From Myxococcales bacterium (GTDB lineage: Bacteria; Myxococcota_A; UBA796; SXON01): a DNA stretch of 46,616 bases. A program made the translations under genes and the position numbers. Numbering within the stretch: position 1 is the stretch's first letter; each line of letters begins with the position of its first letter. The stretch lies in NCBI GenBank assembly GCA_009692605.1, contig SHYV01000002.1, positions 1-46,616 on the forward strand. The letters run 5' to 3'. Under the pieces are notes generated by a model. The model was not told the DNA's origin. It made no database searches and worked only from the letters and a program-made list of their open reading frames with translations. Positions 23,108-31,323 of the stretch are shown piece by piece.

Positions 23108-23730
23108 CTCCAGCCGTCTGGCACATGCTGCTCGGCGGAGCGTTCGTCCCGTCGGGCGTCGGCGCGCTCGCGTGGGATGACGCCGACCAGCTCTCTGGCA
23201 CCCTCGCGGGTGAATTCGACGGCGTCCTTCGCCCGCCGATCACGGTCTACGCCGGTTGGTTCGACGACCGGAACGCGCTGCTGCTGGACTTCGCGATCGT
23301 GCGATTCACAACATCCACCTGGGCCGACACCCACTCGTTCGACGGCGTTGGATCGGCGCGGCTCGGGGCGGACTACCGGCGCTACCTGCCGTCGGCGCCG
23401 GTTGGGGATGGCGCTGGCCACATCGACATGTACGGGGATCTCGGTGTTTACGGCGTGCTGCCCGCCGCCGCCAACTCCTCCGACGCGTACACCGAGGAGG
23501 ATCAGGCGAGCGCAGACGAGGCATCCGGTGAGCTCCGGGCTCGGATTGGCGGGGTTGGGGCACAGTTTGGGCTTGGCGCTGGCTACCGGATCGGAGGCGT
23601 GGCGGGCGTCACGTTGGGGGTCCGGGGGCTGATGGTCATCCACCGCACTCAGGCGACGCTGGAGACAGGCACGACCTTCGGCTACGTGATCCTGCCGGAG
23701 GGTGCGCTCACGCTGGAGTTCAGGCGGTGA
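23104..23730 (+). CDS. Small exported beta-barrel-like protein (208 aa), hypothetical
   Basis: Its start forms an ATGA overlap with the upstream stop. The N-terminus is hydrophobic. The C-terminal half has Gly-rich alternating strands (GAQFGLGAGYRIGGVAGVTLGVRGLMVIH...GALTLEFRR), reminiscent of small OMP barrels. Confidence 0.5.
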   Translation: MTPAVWHMLLGGAFVPSGVGALAWDDADQLSGTLAGEFDGVLRPPITVYAGWFDDRNALLLDFAIVRFTTSTWADTHSFDGVGSARLGADYRRYLPSAPVGDGAGHIDMYGDLGVYGVLPAAANSSDAYTEEDQASADEASGELRARIGGVGAQFGLGAGYRIGGVAGVTLGVRGLMVIHRTQATLETGTTFGYVILPEGALTLEFRR

Positions 23731-24905
23731 GCACCCATGTTGGGTGGCCAGCCCCGGGAGCGCTGATCCTGACGGCGGCGCTGGTGCACCTCGGGTCCCC
23801 GGCCCACGCCGGAGCGCCTTCGGACGCGCTGGCCCAAACGGGGCGCTTCTCACCGGACCACCCGGAGTCCGCGTACCACTTTGCGGACGAGGTTTTTGGC
23901 GTGATTGCGGACGCGGCGGCGGTCGGTCCGGGCGTGATCGACGGGTTCACGTTCGGGCGCTCGCTGGAAGGGCGAGAGCTTCGGGCCTTCGCTGTACGCG
24001 ATCCCGCGTTTCCCGTCTTCCGTCGCCTGCTCCTGATCGCCAATATCCACGCGCTGGAGTGGATCCCGACCGAAGACGCGCTCGCGTTCTTGCTTGAGTA
24101 CGCTGCGCACCCGGTCCCAGGCGTTGAGCTTGTTGTGGTGCCGATCGTGAACCCGGACGGGCGCGCCAGAGTGGAGGCCGACCTGCGCGCTGGGCGCAAC
24201 CTCTATCGGCGCGGGAACTCAGCCTACGTCGATCTCAACCGCGACTGGTTCGTACACCGCGACAGTCCGGCGATCTGGAAGGCCCTGCTCCCTGGCCTGT
24301 ACACCACTTCGGCCTCCCCGACGTCTCAGCCCGAGACCGTGGCTATCGACCAGCTCCTTTGCCCGGATGCGGACGCCCGGAGTCGCGCGCGCGCCCAGAC
24401 TTACGGCTCCGATGGTCGCCCGCTGCCGGCAGTTTATGGTCTCGCCGTCGGAGCCGAATGTTACCCAGGAAGCGGTGAGTACGGCATCGTGCCCTTCTCC
24501 GCCTTCCTCTCGCTCCACAGCTTCGGCGGGTTCATCTACTACCCGTGGGCCGGCCGTTGGAGGCGACCCGACGTGGTCGAGGGCGACTGGCGGCGCTATC
24601 AGGCGGTCGCCGAGGCGATGCAGGCGGCGATGGGGGCCCACGCCTATCGGCCTCGCCAGCTCGCGCGGTGGGGGTTCTTCTTCCGTGGGCTGGGCATGGA
24701 GATCGACCATGCCTACGGGCAGTACGGAATTCCGTCGCTCCTCGTCGAGACCACGCGCTCTGGTCTGGAGCGGCCGGCGGACCTGGCCACCTACTTCCGA
24801 TGGTACAACCCCCGCACGCCGGACCGGCACGTGCGGGCTGACGTGGACATGCTGTGGGCCTGGGTGACCGCGGTCGGTGAGGTCTGGCCGACAGGGGGAC
24901 AATAA
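23727..24905 (+). CDS. M14-family zinc carboxypeptidase (secreted)
   Basis: The GTG start overlaps the upstream stop (GTGA). A signal peptide is present (...ALILTAALVHLGSPAHA). Zinc and catalytic motifs are present: IANIHALEW (HxxE), VVPIVNPDGR, YVDLNRDW and FLSLHSFGGFIYYPW. Confidence 0.8.
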   Translation: MSTHVGWPAPGALILTAALVHLGSPAHAGAPSDALAQTGRFSPDHPESAYHFADEVFGVIADAAAVGPGVIDGFTFGRSLEGRELRAFAVRDPAFPVFRRLLLIANIHALEWIPTEDALAFLLEYAAHPVPGVELVVVPIVNPDGRARVEADLRAGRNLYRRGNSAYVDLNRDWFVHRDSPAIWKALLPGLYTTSASPTSQPETVAIDQLLCPDADARSRARAQTYGSDGRPLPAVYGLAVGAECYPGSGEYGIVPFSAFLSLHSFGGFIYYPWAGRWRRPDVVEGDWRRYQAVAEAMQAAMGAHAYRPRQLARWGFFFRGLGMEIDHAYGQYGIPSLLVETTRSGLERPADLATYFRWYNPRTPDRHVRADVDMLWAWVTAVGEVWPTGGQ

Positions 24906-24992
24906 ACAACCCGTGACAGCCCGCGCCCTTGCGGCTTCGGTCCGTTCGACTAAGTGGGCCGGCGGTGTGTGGTCTGTCCTGTCCCGCCCGAC

Positions 24993-25017
24993 CTGGTTCG
25001 CCGCTCTGGTTCGCCGC
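24993..25017. repeat. Direct repeat of 2 x 12 bp, CTGGTTCGCCGC, separated by 1 nt, upstream of the ABC operon
   Basis: Seen directly (24993-25004, 25006-25017), 63-87 nt upstream of ATG 25080. A regulatory role is not shown. Confidence 0.85.
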
Positions 25018-25079
25018 CCCGCCGCCCGCCCTCGGGTTGGCGGCAAATCCCAACCTTCTTCTGTTACCCCGGAACGCCC

Positions 25080-26021
25080 ATGATCACGGTTGAAGGCCTC
25101 TCGCACTGGTACGGCGACCGCCGCGCCGTCGAGGGCCTCTCGTTCACCATCCAGCAGAACGAGTGCGTCGGCCTGCTCGGCCTCAACGGCGCGGGTAAGT
25201 CCACGACGATGAAGGTGCTCGCCGGCCTGCTCGTGCCCACCGGCGGCACGGTCACCATCGACGGTGCTGACCTCGTCAACGCGGGCGCAGAGTTCCGCGC
25301 CCGGATCGGGTACCTGCCCGAGGACCCGCCGCTCTACAAAGAGATGACCGTTCGCGAGTTCGTTAGCTACTGCGGCCAACTCAAGGGCATGAAGGCTCGG
25401 GATGTGGAGGCTCGGCTCGACGGTGTGCTCGCCCTCGCGCAGCTCACTGCTCGGCAGCATCAGGTCATTGGTGAGCTCTCACACGGCTACCGCAAGCGCT
25501 GCGGCATCGCTCAGGCCATCATCCACAAGCCGAGCGTCGTGATCCTGGACGAGCCGATCTCTGGCCTCGACCCAAAGCAGATCTTCGAGATGCGTCAGGT
25601 CATCCGCGACCTCGCGAAGGACGCGACGGTGATCATCAGCTCGCACATCCTCTCCGAGATCTCCGAGACCTGCGACCGGCTCATCGTGCTGAACGGTGGC
25701 CGCATCGTGGCGGCAGGAACGGAGGCGGAGCTCGCCGCCCGGGCGGGTGGTGCGAGTCGCGTGACATTGGTGGTGCGGGGCAGCGATGCGGCGATCACTG
25801 CCGCTCTCGCTAAGGCGGGTGCGGTTGGCGCCGATCGGCGTGAGGAGGCGGGGGGCCTCACGCGCGTTCATGTGACGCTTCCAACTGTGTCCAACGGCGA
25901 CTCCCGAGAGAATCTGGTGCGCGCCCTCGTCGAGGGCGGAATCGGGCTGCGTCGCATGATTGAAGATGAGGGAGAGCTCGAGCAGATCTTCCTCGGCCTG
26001 ACCAAGGAGAGTGCACAATGA
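25080..26021 (+). CDS. ABC transporter ATP-binding protein (GldA/ABC-2 type, 313 aa)
   Basis: The internal ATG gives MITVEGLSHWYGDRRAVEGLSF. Motifs are Walker A GLNGAGKSTT, Q-loop, signature LSHGYRKRCGIAQA, Walker B VVILDEPISGLD and H-loop SSHIL. Confidence 0.9.
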   Translation: MITVEGLSHWYGDRRAVEGLSFTIQQNECVGLLGLNGAGKSTTMKVLAGLLVPTGGTVTIDGADLVNAGAEFRARIGYLPEDPPLYKEMTVREFVSYCGQLKGMKARDVEARLDGVLALAQLTARQHQVIGELSHGYRKRCGIAQAIIHKPSVVILDEPISGLDPKQIFEMRQVIRDLAKDATVIISSHILSEISETCDRLIVLNGGRIVAAGTEAELAARAGGASRVTLVVRGSDAAITAALAKAGAVGADRREEAGGLTRVHVTLPTVSNGDSRENLVRALVEGGIGLRRMIEDEGELEQIFLGLTKESAQ

Positions 26022-26743
26022 GCGGCATTTGGCTGATCGCGCGCCGCGATTTCTCGGCGTTCATCAACACGTGGTGGGGCTGCGTCATCCTGTCGTTGAC
26101 GCTGCTCATCGACGGTGTTTTGTTTCAGGCCGTCGCGATGACCGCGACTCCCCGGTATTCGGCGGACGTCCTGACCGACTTCTTCTTCCTCACCGGCGGG
26201 GTGGTGCTGATCGCCGGGGTGTTCACGACGATGCGGAGCTTCGCAGAGGAGCGGCAGACCGGCACCATGGTGCTCATCGAGTCCTCGCCGCTGTCGGAGA
26301 CGCAGGCCGTGATGGGCAAGTACCTGTCCGGCTTGATGTTTCTAGCCCTGCTTCTGGGTCTCACCGCCTACATGCCCGGCATGATCTTCGTCAACGGGAA
26401 GATCAGCGAGCAGCAGATCGCGGTGGGGTACCTTGGGGTGTTCCTGATGGGAGCCGCCGGCATCGCCATTGGGACTTGGGCGTCCGCCATCTCGCGCAAC
26501 CAGCTGTTGTCGCTGGTCATCGCGGCGGTCATCACCGTCTTTTTCGTGCTGTGCTGGATGCTCTCGCGGGTGCTCGATCCGCCGTTCAAGGGGTTGTTCG
26601 CCTACATGGCCTTCTTTGACAAGCAGTTCCAACCCTTTCAGGAGGGGCGGATCAACACCGAGGGCATCGTGTTCTTCGTATCGGTCAGCTTCGCCTTCCT
26701 CCTGCTCGCTACCCGCTCGCTGATCGCCCGGAGGTGGGAATGA
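26018..26743 (+). CDS. ABC-2 type transporter permease (GldF-like)
   Basis: Its start forms an ATGA overlap with the ATPase stop. It has six predicted hydrophobic helices. FAEERQTGTMVLIESSPLS is typical of ABC-2/GldF permeases. Confidence 0.8.
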   Translation: MSGIWLIARRDFSAFINTWWGCVILSLTLLIDGVLFQAVAMTATPRYSADVLTDFFFLTGGVVLIAGVFTTMRSFAEERQTGTMVLIESSPLSETQAVMGKYLSGLMFLALLLGLTAYMPGMIFVNGKISEQQIAVGYLGVFLMGAAGIAIGTWASAISRNQLLSLVIAAVITVFFVLCWMLSRVLDPPFKGLFAYMAFFDKQFQPFQEGRINTEGIVFFVSVSFAFLLLATRSLIARRWE

Positions 26744-28584
26744 GCTCCGCTGGCATGCTTTACGTGATCGGGAGCTTCCTGATCTTCCTCGCCGAGCGCA
26801 TGTTCTCGGGCAACGACGCGGTGCGGTGGCCGCTCGATCTGCTCGGCGTTGCGCTGGTGGTGCTCGCCCTCGTTGGTCGCGCACGCAGCTGGTCCCGTCA
26901 TCCGAAGGCGACCCAGCTTTCGCTGGGTTTCTTCGGCCTCTCGATGTCCTCGGTGCTGTTCTGCGTGGCGGCTTCGAAGGACTGCATAGCGATGTGCGGC
27001 CTTGACGCCGAGACTGCCAAGCACGTGGTCGTCGGGCTGCAGGCGATGGTCCCCCTCGTCTGGTTCGTGGGTGCCCTCCCTGCGCTGGCGATCGACGCGA
27101 CGCTGTCAGCGAGCCCGCACAGCGTGCATCCCGGTCGGCTCCGGGCTGCCCTTGAGGGAGGCCTCGCCGTGGCGCTGGGTCTCGCGATGCTCTTCCCGCT
27201 CAACTATCTGGCTTCGGAGTACAACAAGCGGGTCGACTACGGGTTTTTTAAGACCACCTCGGTGGGGACCTCCACCCGCGCTGCCGTGGACAGCCTCACC
27301 GCGCCTATTCGAGTGGTGCTGTTCTTCCCCCCGTCAAGCGAGGTGCTCCGTGAGGTGCGCCCGTACTTCGACGATCTGGCGGGAGCCAATTTGAGCGTCG
27401 AGGTGATGGATCAGACCATGGACCCCGAGCAGGCCAAGGCGTGGAAGGTCAAGGACAACGGGACCATCGTCATCGTGAAGGGCGAGGGCGACGACGAGCA
27501 GACCGAGTCGGTCAAGCTGGAAGACGACATTGACAAGGCCAAGAAGGACCTGCGTAAGCTGGACAGCAAGGTGCAGACCGCGCTGCTCAAGATCTCCCGG
27601 GACAAGCGTACGGTGTACTTCACTGTCGGCCACGAGGAGCTCTACTGGAAGAGCGCGGCGGACGATCTTTCGAACCTCGACTTCGCCAAGAAGATGCTTG
27701 AAGGCCTGAACCTGAAGGTCAAGGAGCTCAGCGTGGCGACCGGTCTCGCGCAGGCCGTGCCCGACGACGCCGCCATGGTGTTCATCGTTGGGCCGAAGCG
27801 GTTGTTCCTCCCCGAGGAGATCAAGGCGCTTTCCGACTATCGCGAGCGTGGGGGCGCGTTGTTCATCGCGATGGAGCCGTCCAGCGGTCCGGATGATCTC
27901 AGCGACCCGGCGGTCGCAGCGCTCGCTGGGGTCGGATTCGGCGATGTCGCCCTGCTCTCCGACAAAGCCTTCCTTCGGGTGACGGGCGGACCGAGCGACC
28001 GGGCGTTTGTCGGGACCAACAAGTACAGCTCCCATGAGTCGGTGACGACGCTCGGCAAGAACTCGGCGCAGGCCACGTTCATCGCGCCGGGTGTCGGTGC
28101 GCTGCTGGAGCTTCAGGAGCACGCTGGTAAGGTCACCAACGTGTTGAAGGGAATGCCTGAGTGGTGGGCGGACGGCAACGGCAACTACGAGTTTGACAAG
28201 GACGCTCCGGCGGCCGGTCTGGACGGGGTCTTGCCGCCGCCAGCCGAGAAACGTGGCGGCTACGAGATCGCCAGCGTGGCGACTGGTCCGGCCGAGGGCG
28301 GTAAAGAGTGGCGGGCGGCCATCATCGGCGACTCGACGTGGATGTCCAACGGCATCCTCAAGAATCAGGCCAACGCCGTCTATCTGGTCTCCACCGTCGG
28401 CTGGCTGACTCAGGATCCCGCGCTCACCGGGGAGACCGAGACGGAAGAGGACATCAAGATCCAGCATACAAAGGAGGGCGAGGCGATGTGGTTCTACGGG
28501 ACCAGCCTGCTGATGCCGACTCTGGTGCTGCTCGCCGGCATGCTTCGCGTTCGGGCGCGCCGCGCCAAGGGAAGTGAGAAATGA
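26740..28584 (+). CDS. GldG-like ABC-transport auxiliary protein with an extra polytopic N-terminal region
   Basis: ATG 26740 is preceded by GGAGG and overlaps the upstream stop (ATGA). GTG 26734 is an alternative start. About five N-terminal TM helices are predicted. An ABC_transp_aux-like body follows (IRVVLFFPPSSEVL...LSVEVMDQTMDPEQAKAWKVKDNGTIVIV...). A C-terminal TM helix is present (MWFYGTSLLMPTLVLLAGML). Confidence 0.8.
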   Translation: MSSAGMLYVIGSFLIFLAERMFSGNDAVRWPLDLLGVALVVLALVGRARSWSRHPKATQLSLGFFGLSMSSVLFCVAASKDCIAMCGLDAETAKHVVVGLQAMVPLVWFVGALPALAIDATLSASPHSVHPGRLRAALEGGLAVALGLAMLFPLNYLASEYNKRVDYGFFKTTSVGTSTRAAVDSLTAPIRVVLFFPPSSEVLREVRPYFDDLAGANLSVEVMDQTMDPEQAKAWKVKDNGTIVIVKGEGDDEQTESVKLEDDIDKAKKDLRKLDSKVQTALLKISRDKRTVYFTVGHEELYWKSAADDLSNLDFAKKMLEGLNLKVKELSVATGLAQAVPDDAAMVFIVGPKRLFLPEEIKALSDYRERGGALFIAMEPSSGPDDLSDPAVAALAGVGFGDVALLSDKAFLRVTGGPSDRAFVGTNKYSSHESVTTLGKNSAQATFIAPGVGALLELQEHAGKVTNVLKGMPEWWADGNGNYEFDKDAPAAGLDGVLPPPAEKRGGYEIASVATGPAEGGKEWRAAIIGDSTWMSNGILKNQANAVYLVSTVGWLTQDPALTGETETEEDIKIQHTKEGEAMWFYGTSLLMPTLVLLAGMLRVRARRAKGSEK

Positions 28585-29795
28585 GGTCAGTCGCGCTGTT
28601 TGGGACGATTCTCGTCGTCTCTCTTGCATTCTCGTGGGTGAGGTACACCGGGGGTGAGGAGAAGGTCAAGGAGGGCACGATCCTCATGGACGGGAAGAAG
28701 GAAGACCTGCAGCGGGCGAAGTACACCTCGCCCGACCTCACCGTGGAGTACGAGGTCCGAAGCGATGGCATCGGCTCCTACGGCTGGCTCACGGTGTCCG
28801 AGAACAAGAAGAAGAAGGTCCCCGATCCGGCCAAGCCCGGCTCGATGATGGACTCGACCGAGCTCAAGCTCTCCAAGTTCAAGGCGGGCAGCGGGAATGA
28901 CAAGCTCGTGGACGGGCTGGCGCCGCTCATGGCAGTACGCGCGCTCGAGGATGTGCCGGCCGACAAGATCGAGTCGTTCGGCCTGACCGCACCCGATACC
29001 ACGCTCTCCGTCACCATCGGCGGCGCCGAGCGCGCCTTCTTGGTCGGCGGCGAGACCTACGGCACGAAGGACCGCTATGTGAAGGACGCCTTGTCTGGGC
29101 GGATCTATGTCGTGGACGACGAGGTGTTCAAGTCCCTCAAGTTCGCAGCGACGCGGCTCCCGGAGCGCGCTCTCAGCGATCGCAAGCCAGAGGAGATCAC
29201 CGGCGTCTCGCTCGGGCAGGGGGCAAGCACCGCCTCCTGGACCCACAAGAACAAGGACGACAAGGCCGCCGCGCACTGGCAGCGTGACGGCGCCCTTCCT
29301 ACAGCTCCGACCGATGGGGCCACCCCCCTGGAAGGTGAGGCTCCGGCGGCGGACCCCGGCAAGGACGTCACGTTCGCCAACTGGGTCGAGGCTGCGCTCA
29401 AGCTGAAGTCCACGGCGTACGTTCAGGATGGCGACGAGCCCGCCACGCTCGAAGCCGCGTTCGATCTCACCCTTCGGGCCGAGGGCAAGCCGGACCAGAC
29501 GATCCACCTTCTCCACGACGGGGATGATTGGTATGCGCGCAGCGAGTTCACACGGGGGCTGGTCAAGATCTCCAAGGGGCCTGCGGAAGACAGCTACTCG
29601 GACGTGGACGACATCCTCGCCGGCAAGACCCCGCCGCCGAAGGCGAAGCCGGCCAAGCCGGCTGGCGCGCCCACGAAGGCTCCTGGGGGCGACAAGCCCG
29701 ATGCTGGGCCGGGCGGTCGCCCCCCCGGCGGGCCCTCCGGGATGATGCCACGGTCTCCGGGGATGATGCCAAAGCCCGGAAAGCCTGCGGGGTAG
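28581..29795 (+). CDS. DUF4340-like protein, N-terminally anchored (usual partner of GldG-type transporters), with a Pro/Lys-rich tail
   Basis: Its start forms an ATGA overlap. It has an N-terminal TM helix (ALFGTILVVSLAFSW). The body has IESFGLTAPDTTLSVTIGGAERAFLVGGETYGTKDRYV....GRIYVVDDEVF. Position and architecture fit DUF4340. Confidence 0.65.
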   Translation: MRSVALFGTILVVSLAFSWVRYTGGEEKVKEGTILMDGKKEDLQRAKYTSPDLTVEYEVRSDGIGSYGWLTVSENKKKKVPDPAKPGSMMDSTELKLSKFKAGSGNDKLVDGLAPLMAVRALEDVPADKIESFGLTAPDTTLSVTIGGAERAFLVGGETYGTKDRYVKDALSGRIYVVDDEVFKSLKFAATRLPERALSDRKPEEITGVSLGQGASTASWTHKNKDDKAAAHWQRDGALPTAPTDGATPLEGEAPAADPGKDVTFANWVEAALKLKSTAYVQDGDEPATLEAAFDLTLRAEGKPDQTIHLLHDGDDWYARSEFTRGLVKISKGPAEDSYSDVDDILAGKTPPPKAKPAKPAGAPTKAPGGDKPDAGPGGRPPGGPSGMMPRSPGMMPKPGKPAG

Positions 29796-29808
29796 CGGTA
29801 CAGGCTAT

Positions 29809-31323
29809 ATGTGCCGGATGGTTACCTTTTTCCGGGCCGGTTGGACGTCCGGAGTGCTGCTGTCCCTTGTCACTTCGGCGGGCTGCGGCGCGATTACCCT
29901 ACGGGAGGGGGAGCGGCCTCCGGGCGGTGGCCCGCCTCCGATCGTCCTGATCTCGATCGACACCTTGCGGCCGGATCGGGTCGGAGCCTACTCGCCGCGT
30001 ACGAGCACGTTGACGCCCAACCTGGATGCCTTCGCTGATGAGGCGGTGGTCTTCGACCACGCGTACAGCCAGGCCATCCAGACCGCGCCCTCGCACGCGA
30101 GCGTCTTCACCAGCGTGTACCCGAGCGAACAGACGGGCGCTGACAACCAGACGGTCCTCGATGCGTCCCATCCCACAATGGCGCAGGTGCTTGAGGCGTA
30201 TGGGTACAAGACCGGCGCGTTCGTCGCGGGTGGCGACCTTTCGCCCCATCGCCGGTTGAACCGAGGCTTTGGGGTGTACGAGTCGCCGAGGGACTTCGGC
30301 AGCTTCTATCACACCACGCCCAGGGCTATGGCGTGGTTGGATCATATCGACCTTTCAAGTCCATATTTCATGTTCGTCCACAGCTACGACGTCCATTCGA
30401 TTTACCTCAAGCCCACGCCCTTCGGGTACCTGCACGCCGATGTGACCTACGACGGGGCGGGTCAGGTCGCGGCGCGTACCGCCACCGAGCGTGTGATCAA
30501 CGGGTTCATGTACCCGGACTTCGACGGTCTCCTTGACGCTCAGGTGAACCTGCTGCGACCATGGGCGGCGGCCAGCAAGGCTGAAGTTGCGTGGAAGTTG
30601 TCCACGGGAGAGGTCCCGATCCCGGTGACTCCACGCGATCTGGAGCACGTGGGCCAGATGTACGACGGCGCCGTCTCCTACGCGGACGCGATGTTCGGGG
30701 CGCTGATGGCGGGCATCGAGCAGCGCGGCCAGCTGGATCGGGCGATCATCATCGTCATGTCGGATCATGGCGAGCAGCTCGGCGAGCAGGGCATCTTCGG
30801 GCACTGCTGCGGGATCGGCGACGAGGAGACGCACGCCGTCATGATGGTACGGCTGCCCCGCGGGGAGCACGGTGGACGACACGTCGGGGGGTTCGTTGAG
30901 CTGCTCGACGTCTTGCCCACGGTGGCTGATCTCGTCGGGGCGCGCGCGCCCGCAGACATCGATGGGCGCAGCTTCGCGGCGGCGGTGCGGGACGAGCCGT
31001 TTCAGGGCCGGCCGTACGCGCACAGCGAGGGCTCGCAGCTCTATAGAGTGGTCAGCGTGCGGGGCCCGGAGGGCAGGCTGACGTACGCCGGCTTGCCGCC
31101 GTCGTCCGCTCACTTGCCTGGCATCGTGGCTGCGGCGCGGTTGGACGGCCCCGGGTTTCTGGCGTCGGCCGGGTTGGCGCCAGAGGGGCGCCGGGCGCTG
31201 CGGGAGGAGATGGTGGGGTGGTTGAAGTCGCTGACGCCACCGCCGGATGCGCGGAGCGCGCCGTTGCCTGACAGCCTGCGAAGGTCGCTGCGGGAGCACG
31301 GGTACTTCGAGGTGGCGGAGTGA
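29809..31323 (+). CDS. Sulfatase-like hydrolase/transferase (alkaline-phosphatase superfamily) lipoprotein
   Basis: The lipobox is LVTSAGC. Motifs are IVLISIDTLRPDRVGAY, AYSQAIQTAPSHASVFTSVYPSE and IIIVMSDHGEQLGEQGIFGH. The position of the usual C/S-x-P-x-R formylglycine motif reads T-A-P-S-H. Confidence 0.8.
   Translation: MCRMVTFFRAGWTSGVLLSLVTSAGCGAITLREGERPPGGGPPPIVLISIDTLRPDRVGAYSPRTSTLTPNLDAFADEAVVFDHAYSQAIQTAPSHASVFTSVYPSEQTGADNQTVLDASHPTMAQVLEAYGYKTGAFVAGGDLSPHRRLNRGFGVYESPRDFGSFYHTTPRAMAWLDHIDLSSPYFMFVHSYDVHSIYLKPTPFGYLHADVTYDGAGQVAARTATERVINGFMYPDFDGLLDAQVNLLRPWAAASKAEVAWKLSTGEVPIPVTPRDLEHVGQMYDGAVSYADAMFGALMAGIEQRGQLDRAIIIVMSDHGEQLGEQGIFGHCCGIGDEETHAVMMVRLPRGEHGGRHVGGFVELLDVLPTVADLVGARAPADIDGRSFAAAVRDEPFQGRPYAHSEGSQLYRVVSVRGPEGRLTYAGLPPSSAHLPGIVAAARLDGPGFLASAGLAPEGRRALREEMVGWLKSLTPPPDARSAPLPDSLRRSLREHGYFEVAE

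Noticed and set aside
24219-25460. A set of long ORFs lies opposite well-supported genes. Examples are 24219..25460 (-), 27334..28629 (-), 28587..29516 (-), 30355..31449 (-), 19119..19847 (-), 42245..43423 (+), 45416..46279 (+), 16466..17503 (+), 37280..38239 (+) and 39604..40475 (-).
   Set aside because: All are antisense or out-of-frame to genes with clear family motifs. All have R/P/G/A-dominated translations lacking motifs.
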